From an uncultured Collinsella sp. (lineage in GTDB: Bacteria; Actinomycetota; Coriobacteriia; Coriobacteriales; Coriobacteriaceae), in NCBI GenBank assembly GCA_947507155.1, contig CANNOC010000014.1:1387-65386 (forward strand): 64,000 nucleotides of DNA, read 5' to 3'. The position numbers and the translations under genes are program-made. The notes beneath the pieces are model-generated. The model was not told the DNA's origin. It saw nothing but the letters and a program-made list of their open reading frames with translations, and did not search any database. Position 1 is the first letter of the stretch; each line of letters opens with the position of its first letter. Below are positions 1-8,046 of this stretch, one piece after another.

Positions 1-89
1 ACCAACGCGGCAAAAGCGACGAGCATCCCTGCAAAAACGGCTGCCATGCAAAAGCCAAGCTTCCTGATATTTTCGCCCGCTTTGGCCAT
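1..89 (-). CDS. 5' end of a gene running off the left edge; hydrophobic N-terminus (signal/TM segment)
   Basis: ATG at 89 reads MAKAGENIRKLGFCMAAVFAGMLVAFAAL, open to the edge; same strand as the adjacent signalling genes. Confidence 0.45.
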   Translation of the reverse strand, partial: MAKAGENIRKLGFCMAAVFAGMLVAFAAL

Positions 90-252
90 ACGCTGAACGC
101 TGTTAGACATACACTCACCCTCATCGACTCTATCGTTATTCGAACAGTTTATCGAACAACGATATTGATTGCATGCGGAAAGCCCCGCCAGTGCGCATAG
201 GCCATTTACTAACCCGGAGGGGTGAGCGTGGATTTTTGGACACATATCGAAC

Positions 253-316
253 GAGAGTGGATAATCTCCCACTTTGAGGCCGCCACCGGGCCTAAAACGG
301 GAGATTATCCACTCTC
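253..316. repeat. Palindromic repeat family E, copy 1
   Basis: GAGAGTGGATAATCTCCC (253-270) and its perfect reverse complement (299-316); second copy at 45133-45200. Confidence 0.85.
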
Positions 317-340
317 ATAGTCATCAAGGCCCGCAAGCTC

Positions 341-697
341 TTATTCGGCCGTCTCGCGCAGGGCCGACATCGTAGCCGCATATTGCTGCTGCAGCGCATG
401 CATCCCCTCGCGAGCGCCGTCAACGGCATCGGCGCCGCGCAGCGCCTCGGTCACCACGACCGCCGGCTCGTACAGATTATCGAATCCCAGGTTCTGGCTC
501 ACGCCCTTGAGCGTGTGCGCTGCCATAAACGCACCTTCGGCGTCTCCCGCCGCCATGGCGGCATCCAGCTTGTCCATGCTCTCGTCATCCAAAAACTTGA
601 GGGCAAAGCGGGCGAGCATTTCCTCGCCCATCAGCCGAGCGCACGCGTCATCATAATTGGCGCCGATCTTCTCATACGCCTCACGCATGGAAATCAT
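341..697 (-). CDS. Stand-alone Hpt (histidine phosphotransfer) protein
   Basis: 118 aa helical protein with AHTLKG phospho-His motif; directly downstream of the REC/HD-GYP gene. Confidence 0.88.
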   Translation of the reverse strand: MISMREAYEKIGANYDDACARLMGEEMLARFALKFLDDESMDKLDAAMAAGDAEGAFMAAHTLKGVSQNLGFDNLYEPAVVVTEALRGADAVDGAREGMHALQQQYAATMSALRETAE

Positions 698-721
698 AGA
701 TTAAAAACTCCTTTGGTCAAA

Positions 722-2602
722 CTAAATCGTGGGAAACGCGACAACGTCGGCGGGGCGTGCCAACGTCTCGGCAATTTGGTCTTGCACCTCAAGCAGACAA
801 TCGAGCAGCAGCGGGTTAAAGGTGCCGCACTTACCGTCCAGGATCATCTGAATTGCCTCCTTGTGCGGGATAGCGTCCTTGTACACGCGCACGCTCGTCA
901 GAGCATCGTACACGTCGGCCACCGAAACCACCTGTGCGGCAATGGGAATTTCGTCGCCCTTAAGGCCATCGGGATAACCCTTGCCGTCCCAGCGCTCGTG
1001 ATGCCAACGCGCAATCTGGTACGCATATTCCATAAGCGCATTGCCGGCGTGATGGCTACCCAGCTCAAGCAGCATGTCGGCGCCGATCGTGGTATGCGTC
1101 TTCATAATCTCGAACTCCTCGGACGTAAGGCGCCCGGGTTTGTTGAGAATCGCATCGTCAATCGACATCTTGCCGATATCGTGCAGCGCCGAAGCCAGGG
1201 CAATCGTGGAGCGCTCCTCATTGTCAAGGGAAATGGTGTCGCTACGCTGGACCAGACAGCCAAGCAGCAGCTCGGTCAGCTTTTCGATGTTCGTAACGTG
1301 CCTGCCGCTCTCGCCGTTGCGAAGCTCCATGACGCCAGCCATGATGTCGATGAGCATGCGACTGTTCTTGACACGCTCGTTGTACTGCTGGGACAGCAGG
1401 CTCGTCAGGCGGCGCTGTTTGGCGTATAGGCGGATGGTGTTGCTTACACGGCGGCGCACGACACGGGAGTCAAACGGGCGGTTGATATAGTCCGAGGCGC
1501 CCAGCTCGTACGCGCGCAGAACCATATCATCGGAATCTTCGCTCGAAATCATGATGACAGGCAGATTGTCACTAACCGATCGGCGCGACAGACCGGCCAG
1601 CACCTCAAAGCCGCTTATGCCCGGCATGACAATATCCAGCAGCACGAGCGACAACTCATCACCATAGCGGTCGACCATGTCGAGCGCCGTACGACCGTTG
1701 TCGGCCTCGAGGATGCAATACTCGTCCTTGAGCATCTCGCTGAGAATGACTCGGTTCATCTCGGAGTCATCGACAATAAGTACCAAAGGCTTTTCGCTTT
1801 GGAAGGCCTCGATGGAATCGGCATCGGTCACGACCGTACCGGCTTTTGCCTTAGCGCGGCTCAGTAACTGGACAGCGCGGCCAACGCCCTCATCGACCGT
1901 CTCGCCATGAATGCGAACGCCACCAACACATGCCGTCAAGCTCACGTACTCATGGCCCGGAATAATCGTGGAACGAACGGCATCGGACACCTGATGCAGG
2001 CGACGGGTGAAGTCATCGGAGGGAATATTGGGCATGACAACCACAAACTTGTCGCAGCCATAGCGCACAAGCTCGTCAGTCGAACGGATTCCGCTGCGCA
2101 TGGCTGTCGCCACAGCACCGAGCGCAAGGTCGCCGGCATGACGGCCACACGTATCGTTGAAGACCCTAAAATCATCAAGGTCGATCATCGCAACGCCGGC
2201 ATTCATGCGGGCGCTTCGGAGCTTTTCCTCGTAATACCGGCGATTATGCACGCTCGTCAGCACGTCGGTGTAGACAAGGTCTTCTTCTGCAGCCTCTTGC
2301 CCATCGATCGGACGCACCATCAGCAGGACATGAGGCTTGCCCTCGACCTTCAGAGGGCGCAGATGGGCACGGTACTCAACGCCATCGTTGAGCAGTTGCT
2401 CCGACACCTCATCGGAATCTGTCAAGGCCTCAAGACTCGACTGGCGCAGGCAAGGGCAGCGATCACCGGCGAGCAGGCAGTTAGGCTCGCTCTTAATCTG
2501 ATCGGCCGACAGTAAGCGTACCACGGGGTAGGTCTTCGCGACACGGGCGACCTCGGCGGCAGCCTCCTCGTCGGTTAGATTGACCTCGTGATTATTGAGC
2601 AT
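722..2602 (-). CDS. Degenerate GGDEF + receiver + HD-GYP protein (probable c-di-GMP phosphodiesterase)
   Basis: DVLTSVHNRR...IDLDDFRVFND...RYGCDKF; REC LIVDD...LLDIVMP; LHDIGK and HHERWDGKGYP. Confidence 0.88.
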   Translation of the reverse strand: MLNNHEVNLTDEEAAAEVARVAKTYPVVRLLSADQIKSEPNCLLAGDRCPCLRQSSLEALTDSDEVSEQLLNDGVEYRAHLRPLKVEGKPHVLLMVRPIDGQEAAEEDLVYTDVLTSVHNRRYYEEKLRSARMNAGVAMIDLDDFRVFNDTCGRHAGDLALGAVATAMRSGIRSTDELVRYGCDKFVVVMPNIPSDDFTRRLHQVSDAVRSTIIPGHEYVSLTACVGGVRIHGETVDEGVGRAVQLLSRAKAKAGTVVTDADSIEAFQSEKPLVLIVDDSEMNRVILSEMLKDEYCILEADNGRTALDMVDRYGDELSLVLLDIVMPGISGFEVLAGLSRRSVSDNLPVIMISSEDSDDMVLRAYELGASDYINRPFDSRVVRRRVSNTIRLYAKQRRLTSLLSQQYNERVKNSRMLIDIMAGVMELRNGESGRHVTNIEKLTELLLGCLVQRSDTISLDNEERSTIALASALHDIGKMSIDDAILNKPGRLTSEEFEIMKTHTTIGADMLLELGSHHAGNALMEYAYQIARWHHERWDGKGYPDGLKGDEIPIAAQVVSVADVYDALTSVRVYKDAIPHKEAIQMILDGKCGTFNPLLLDCLLEVQDQIAETLARPADVVAFPTI

Positions 2603-2813
2603 ATGGGGCCCTTTCGATAGCTTCGCATGGTAGCGGTGGGTTCCAAATGTTACAAGGGTAACACCTTGCCGATGCAGGTAAGCACGTAAATGCTGTTACA
2701 TTTTTATGAGTTGGCAGACGACGCGATTGAAGCCGCAGACGTGAGGTTTTGAGCACATTTGTTAACACGGCCGAAACGTTTGCGGGTGAAGGCTGTTTTG
2801 ATTTTTACGGCCG

Positions 2814-3611
2814 CTAGAGCTCCAGGATGCCACGGACAGTCTGGGCAGCCGCTGCCGGGCGATCGCGCAGGCCGTTGTGCGCGCCGGGAACCATTACGAG
2901 TGGACAGTCCAAAAGCTCAGCCGCCACCCTTGTGCCCGCCTCGCGAGGCGTGCCAATCGAGAGCTCGCCCAGGAGCACGGCGGCCACCGTTTTTGACGCA
3001 CGAACGCTATCCCAATCGGGAACGCAGGTCATAGTAATCCCGTATTCGTTTGCCATGAAGCTGCGGCCGTTGCGCAGGGCATGCTTGGCTTCTGCCTCGG
3101 TTAACTTGGGGGCCTCAGGGTCCGAATCGCCGATGGCGCCCAGGAAGGCCCGTAATGCCCTGGAGACCTTTCCCGCGGCGATCATCTCGAGCAAAACCGG
3201 GGCCGCGCCCAGACCGGCACCCTCATCCGTCACGGCGGGTTCATGCAGAATCGCACGCGAGATTATGGTGGGGTTTGCACGAAGAAGCTCCAGGGCCACC
3301 AACGTACCGGCACTGTGCGCGAGCACGTTTGCCGGAGTGCCAATATGCTCGATAACGGCCTGCAGGTCGGCAGCCTGGACGGCGAGGTCGTAGCGTCCGT
3401 CTGCAGCGTCGCCGCTCTCGCCGCAACCGCGGCGGTCGTAGGTAATGACGCGATAGTCACAGGCGAGCTCGCGGACGATGGCGTCAAAAAAGACGCCGTC
3501 GACGCAGGCACCGTGCACGCACACCAAGGCGGGTGCATCGGACGATACAACCGGGCCGGCATACTCGCGGCAGGCGATCGTAGTGCCCGCATTCTCGACC
3601 GTAAAATCCAT
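2814..3611 (-). CDS. Alpha/beta hydrolase
   Basis: HG oxyanion motif, YDRRGCGES, AHSAG nucleophile elbow, C-terminal GAHN His. Confidence 0.85.
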   Translation of the reverse strand: MDFTVENAGTTIACREYAGPVVSSDAPALVCVHGACVDGVFFDAIVRELACDYRVITYDRRGCGESGDAADGRYDLAVQAADLQAVIEHIGTPANVLAHSAGTLVALELLRANPTIISRAILHEPAVTDEGAGLGAAPVLLEMIAAGKVSRALRAFLGAIGDSDPEAPKLTEAEAKHALRNGRSFMANEYGITMTCVPDWDSVRASKTVAAVLLGELSIGTPREAGTRVAAELLDCPLVMVPGAHNGLRDRPAAAAQTVRGILEL

Positions 3612-3795
3612 ACTGTGTTCCCATCGTCAACACCACCAGGCCGTGCCGGGATACGGCTTGGCCAGATGGCGTCATTTTGTGCGTACATGAATGCGTCTAC
3701 TGTACCCGGCTCGCGCCCCTTCATGACAGGGTTTCGAAAACTCACCCGATTGCAAGGTTTCTGCCTAAACAACAGCGCCCAAACCCGCGACCCGC

Positions 3796-4623
3796 ATGAA
3801 GGCCGATGCTATGCTTAAGCTCAACTGTCCCAAGGAGCACATGCCTATGTCTACGTTTTTAAATGCCAGCCCCATCTTTGGGCCCGTCCGCAGCCGTCGC
3901 TTGGGCCTTTCGCTCGGTGTCAACATGATGCCGGCGAGCGGCAAAATCTGCACGTTCGACTGCATCTACTGCGAGAACGGTCTCAACGCCGAGCACCCCT
4001 GCCACGAGCCGTATAACACGGCTGCCGTGGTGCTCGATGCACTCGAGGCCAAGCTGCACGAGATGGCAATCGAGGGTGAGCTGCCCGATGTAATCACGTT
4101 TGCCGGCAACGGCGAACCAACCGCCGCACCTGAGTTTCCGCAGGCTATCGCCGGTGCCATCGCGCTGCGCGACCAGCTGGCCCCAAACACCAAGATTGCC
4201 GTGCTTTCCAACGGCACGCGCGCCGACCGTCCCCAGGTGCACGATGCACTCATGATGGTCGACGACAACATCCTCAAGCTCGATACGGTCGACCCGGCAT
4301 TTATCCAGCTGCTCGACCAGCCCGTTGGCCCCTACGATGTAGAGCACCAGATAGAGACGTTCGCAAACTTTAACGGTCATGTCATTATCCAGACGATGTT
4401 TTTGAGCGGTGAGTACCGGGGCAAGTCTCTCGATAACACCGGCGAGGAGTACGTTGGCCCTTGGCTCTCGGCGCTCGAGTGCATTCGCCCACAGGAGGCG
4501 ACCATTTACACGGTGGCGCGCGAAACACCGGTCGCCGGCCTTGCTAAAGCGGCGCCCGAGGTGCTCGACAAGATTGCTGCACGCGTGCGCGCCCTCGGCA
4601 TCCCCTGCCAGGTGAGCTACTAG
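3796..4623 (+). CDS. Radical SAM protein of unknown function
   Basis: CTFDCIYC CxxxCxxC, GPVRSRRLGLSLG, GNGEPT; start may be 3841/3847. Confidence 0.85.
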   Translation: MKADAMLKLNCPKEHMPMSTFLNASPIFGPVRSRRLGLSLGVNMMPASGKICTFDCIYCENGLNAEHPCHEPYNTAAVVLDALEAKLHEMAIEGELPDVITFAGNGEPTAAPEFPQAIAGAIALRDQLAPNTKIAVLSNGTRADRPQVHDALMMVDDNILKLDTVDPAFIQLLDQPVGPYDVEHQIETFANFNGHVIIQTMFLSGEYRGKSLDNTGEEYVGPWLSALECIRPQEATIYTVARETPVAGLAKAAPEVLDKIAARVRALGIPCQVSY

Positions 4624-4664
4624 CAAAACCACGCAGCAGCCAGTGCCCGCCATCCCGCCCCATC

Positions 4665-4731
4665 AGTTGCGGTGATATAGTTCCTATTTGTGCTGTTAAA
4701 CCGCTTAAATCGGAACTATATCACCGCAACT
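4665..4731. repeat. Palindromic repeat family D, copy 1
   Basis: AGTTGCGGTGATATAGTTCC / GGAACTATATCACCGCAACT perfect 20-bp arms. Confidence 0.85.
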
Positions 4732-4783
4732 TTTATAGACGCGTGGGTGGGCTATACTAGCTGCGGATGAAAGGAAGTTAGCC

Positions 4784-5671
4784 ATGTTTGACAAAGGACC
4801 CGTGCCCGGCCGCAACGACGCTTGCTGGTGCGGCAGCGGCAAAAAATATAAGAAATGCCATAGCACCTTTGACGAGCGCCTCGAGCGCCTGTGGGAAGAG
4901 GGCTGGGAGGTTCTACCTCGCACGCTCTACAAGACGCCCGCCGATATCGAGGGCATCAAGCGCTCGGCGGCTATCAACGTGGGCGTGCTCGACTACGTAG
5001 GCGAGCACATCGCCGCGGGCATGACCACCAACCAGATTGACCAGATGATCTACGACTACACCGTCGAGCACGGTGGCACGCCGGCCGACCTCAACTACGA
5101 GGGCTACCCCAAGAGCGTATGCACCTCGATCAACGACGTGGTCTGTCACGGTATCCCCTGCGATACGGACGTGCTGCACGAGGGCGACATCATCAACGTC
5201 GACTGCTCCACGATTCTTGACGGCTACTTTAGCGACTCGAGCCGCATGTTCTGCATCGGCGAGGTCTCTGCCGAGCGCCAGCGTCTTGTCGATGTCACCC
5301 GCGCCAGCGTGGAGGCGGGCCTGGCGGCCGTCAAGCCATGGCTGCCGCTGTCCGTTATGGCCGAGGCCGTGCAAAAGACGGTCGAGGACGCCGGCTTTAG
5401 CGTGGTGCGCGAGTACGGCGGACACGGCATTGGCAAGGAGTTCCACGAGGACCCGTTTGTGGGCTTTACCACCGAGGCGCCCGATGTGGACACCATCATG
5501 GCTCCGGGCATGGTCTTTACCATCGAGCCCATGGTCAACGCCGGAGCACCCGACATCAAGATTAGCAAGGGCGACGGTTGGTGCGTGCGCACCAAGGACG
5601 GCAGTGATTCGGCCCAGTGCGAGGTACAGCTCGTGGTGACCGAGGACGGCTACGAGCTGCTGAGCTGGTAG
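4784..5671 (+). CDS. map: Type I methionine aminopeptidase with N-terminal SEC-C zinc motif
   Basis: GRNDACWCGSGKKYKKCH; CTSINDVVCHGIP, DCST, GHGIG, FTIEPM. Confidence 0.93.
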   Translation: MFDKGPVPGRNDACWCGSGKKYKKCHSTFDERLERLWEEGWEVLPRTLYKTPADIEGIKRSAAINVGVLDYVGEHIAAGMTTNQIDQMIYDYTVEHGGTPADLNYEGYPKSVCTSINDVVCHGIPCDTDVLHEGDIINVDCSTILDGYFSDSSRMFCIGEVSAERQRLVDVTRASVEAGLAAVKPWLPLSVMAEAVQKTVEDAGFSVVREYGGHGIGKEFHEDPFVGFTTEAPDVDTIMAPGMVFTIEPMVNAGAPDIKISKGDGWCVRTKDGSDSAQCEVQLVVTEDGYELLSW

Positions 5672-5680
5672 CCGTGGATG

Positions 5681-5728
5681 CGCCGGATGCTGACGGGCAT
5701 GCTCGTCTTGCATCCGGCGTTTTTATTT
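5681..5728 (+). terminator. Intrinsic terminator after map
   Basis: CGCCGGATGC...GCATCCGGCG followed by TTTTTATTT. Confidence 0.7.
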
Positions 5729-5743
5729 GAACGTTTTGCCTGA

Positions 5744-5778
5744 TAAAACCTGCCAAAATTAACCTGTCCCTGGCAGGT
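5744..5778. repeat. Short repeat family F, copy 1
   Basis: TAAAACCTGCCAAAATTAACCTGTCCCTGGCAGG; related copies at 8006-8046 and 18214-18251 (reversed). Confidence 0.65.
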
Positions 5779-5797
5779 CGAGCGGAGAGGACTGCTT

Positions 5798-6733
5798 GTG
5801 AACATCCTGGTTTTGCTGCCCGTCAATGACCGCCATCGCGCAATTCTTGAGTCGAGCGCTCCGGGCGAGGACTTTATCTACACGAGCGCCGACGCCGCCA
5901 CACGTGAACAGGTCGCCGATGCCGACGTGATCCTGGGCAACATCGACCCTGACATGCTCACGGCATGCGAGCATCTCCAGCTGTTGCAATTGCAGACCGC
6001 CGGCTATGACGACTACCTTGCCGCCGGCACCGTGCCGGCTGAAGCTAAGCTGTCTTGCTCGATCGGCGCCTACGGTCAGGCCGTGAGCGAGCACATGTTT
6101 ACCATGGTCCTTTCCATGATGAAGCGCCTGCCCGGCTATCACGATTTGCAGCGCGAGCATCGCTGGGAGGATTTGGGGCCGGTTACCTCGCTCAAAAATG
6201 CCAACGTGCTGGTGCTGGGCGCGGGCGACATTGGCGGCCACTTTGCCACGCTCTGCCGCAGCATGGGTGCGCACGTCCGCGGCATCAAGCGCCATCCGCT
6301 CGTCTACCCCATTGTGTTTGAGGACATGGACGGCATGGACGCCCTACCTGAGCGCTTGGCGGAGGCCGACATCGTCGCATCCTTTATGCCGAGCACACCC
6401 GAGACCCACGGCCTGGCGAACGCCGAGTTCTTCGCCGCGATGAAGCCGGGCTCCTTCTTTGCCAACGGCGGCCGCGGAGATCTTGTGGTCGCCGACGACT
6501 TGATTGCCGCTCTGGAGTCGGGGCATCTCGCCGGCGCCGCGGTCGACGTCACCGACCCCGAGCCCCTGCCCGCGACAAGCCCGCTGTGGGATGCGCCCAA
6601 CATGCTCATCACACCGCACGTCTCCGGATGGTTCCACCTGGCAGCCACGCTCAACAATGTCGTAGACATCGCCGCGGAGAATCTGCGTCATCTGCAGGCC
6701 GGCGAGACCCTTCGCTGCTGGATCGAACACTGA
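5798..6733 (+). CDS. D-2-hydroxyacid dehydrogenase family protein
   Basis: GAGDIG Rossmann motif, NGGRG, DVTDPEPLP, TPHVSG. Confidence 0.9.
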   Translation: MNILVLLPVNDRHRAILESSAPGEDFIYTSADAATREQVADADVILGNIDPDMLTACEHLQLLQLQTAGYDDYLAAGTVPAEAKLSCSIGAYGQAVSEHMFTMVLSMMKRLPGYHDLQREHRWEDLGPVTSLKNANVLVLGAGDIGGHFATLCRSMGAHVRGIKRHPLVYPIVFEDMDGMDALPERLAEADIVASFMPSTPETHGLANAEFFAAMKPGSFFANGGRGDLVVADDLIAALESGHLAGAAVDVTDPEPLPATSPLWDAPNMLITPHVSGWFHLAATLNNVVDIAAENLRHLQAGETLRCWIEH

Positions 6734-6735
6734 TT

Positions 6736-6945
6736 GTTCCGGCGTTTTACCAAACGCCGGAACCTCTCGACGCTGCGAGCCCCATGGGTTCCGCCGTTCT
6801 AACGAACGGCGGACCGGTCGACGCTGCGAGCCCGCCGTTTGGCCAATCTGCCGTTCAATTTCAAAGGCGCGACCAGAAGGTCAGCGCCTTTTCATTTCAC
6901 GGCACCTTGGCTCAAACGGCAGGCTCTCGCTGACTTTTGCTCAAC
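6736..6945 (+). repeat. Structured repeat family B, copy 1 (5' hairpin duplicated)
   Basis: Homologous to 43813-43971 (reversed) and 60831-60989; GTT-stem-TTTTACCAAA-stem-AAC hairpin, TCGACGCT, AATCTGxCGTTCAA, ends GCTCAAC. Confidence 0.8.
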
Positions 6946-6964
6946 CTGTGGGGTCTTCAAATTG

Positions 6965-7456
6965 TTAGAGCGTTGCTAAGTAATTCTTTGCGTCTTCTAC
7001 GCTCATTGCTGCGACAGGTGCGTGTGAGCAGAGCTTGACATCGTTGGTGACCAGAAGGTCTGTCTTTGCGCGCATCGCTGCCGCGATGATTAAATCGTCT
7101 TCGTAATCGCTATGGAGCTTACGCTGCTTACTCGCCATCCATATGTCACTCAGATCGCAGGGCACGGGCGTAGCAAGTTGCGACAACACATCAAGACAAT
7201 CCCATGCGAGTGATGTCGCCGCCGAAGCGGCATCTTGAGACAGCGAACCGTGCTCTCGCCGATACCACGCCTTATGTTCGCTCGAAATCAAATAGAACAG
7301 GTCTTTGGACGATGTCGCCGCATACAGCAAATCAACCTGAGCCGCGCATGCATCACGTAGAAACTCAATCGCCGCCGCACGACCGCGTCGTGAAGGGATG
7401 AAATAATCAAGCCAGACGTTGGTGTCAACCAAGATGCGCTTAGGATTCTCACTCAT
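6965..7456 (-). CDS. PIN-domain toxin (VapC-like)
   Basis: ILVDTNVWLD, DYEDDLIIAAA, LLVTND; overlaps the upstream antitoxin stop. Confidence 0.85.
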   Translation of the reverse strand: MSENPKRILVDTNVWLDYFIPSRRGRAAAIEFLRDACAAQVDLLYAATSSKDLFYLISSEHKAWYRREHGSLSQDAASAATSLAWDCLDVLSQLATPVPCDLSDIWMASKQRKLHSDYEDDLIIAAAMRAKTDLLVTNDVKLCSHAPVAAMSVEDAKNYLATL

Positions 7457-7829
7457 AGAGCCAGCTCATCTCCTCGCCGTAGCGATCCGCATAGGCATTC
7501 CGTTTGAGCTCTTCGTCGTCCGATGGCTGAGCCTTGACCATATCGATTCCTGACTCACGGCAAGCGGCAGCGAACAGCTTCGACCCCTGATCCATGAGCT
7601 CGAGCTTACGTTCGGCGGCCTTTTCGCGCTCGCGCTGTTCCGCCCGGGCACGACTGGGCAGCAGGATATCCTCGAGCGCACCGGGGCGATCGGCCAGCGA
7701 CGCTGCAAGCTGCCAGAGCGCTCGCACCGCTTGGCTCGGCGTCATACCGGCCCTGGAGAGAGCGGCGTCCCCACTCCTTTTAAGATCGGCATCGAGACGC
7801 ACGTTGATCTGAGCGGCTGTTGTGGTCAT
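7449..7829 (-). CDS. RelB/DinJ-like ribbon-helix-helix antitoxin
   Basis: QINVRLDADLK...GMTPSQAVR; GGAGG RBS; coupled to the PIN gene. Confidence 0.8.
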   Translation of the reverse strand: MTTTAAQINVRLDADLKRSGDAALSRAGMTPSQAVRALWQLAASLADRPGALEDILLPSRARAEQREREKAAERKLELMDQGSKLFAAACRESGIDMVKAQPSDDEELKRNAYADRYGEEMSWLYE

Positions 7830-7852
7830 GACCCCTCCTTAATACTTCAAAA

Positions 7853-7874
7853 CTATCATAAAACTCTATGGTAG
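7853..7874. promoter_or_regulatory. Candidate TA operator
   Basis: CTATCATA-N6-TATGGTAG imperfect inverted repeat ~25 bp upstream of the antitoxin start. Confidence 0.5.
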
Positions 7875-7924
7875 ATACGTAAAGCATGTATAGCATTTAT
7901 AAGCATTAGCCGTACTCTGTACAC

Positions 7925-7958
7925 AAAAAGCCGCCGAGGCACACTGCACCTCGGCGGC
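7925..7958 (-). terminator. Intrinsic terminator downstream of the aminopeptidase
   Basis: GCCGCCGAGG/CCTCGGCGGC stem with a T-tract on the minus strand. Confidence 0.65.
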
Positions 7959-8005
7959 CACATATCACAGATCTAGCTCGGTTTCACCCTTTGCATTCGC
8001 CCAGA

Positions 8006-8046
8006 TAAAACCTGCCGAAATCAACATCCCTCTTTGGCAGGTTTTA
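8006..8046. repeat. Short repeat family F, copy 2
   Basis: TAAAACCTGCC...GGCAGGTTTTA. Confidence 0.65.

Noticed and set aside
4784-4870. SEC-C motif on methionine aminopeptidase
   Set aside because: A familiar fusion in gut anaerobes; not novel
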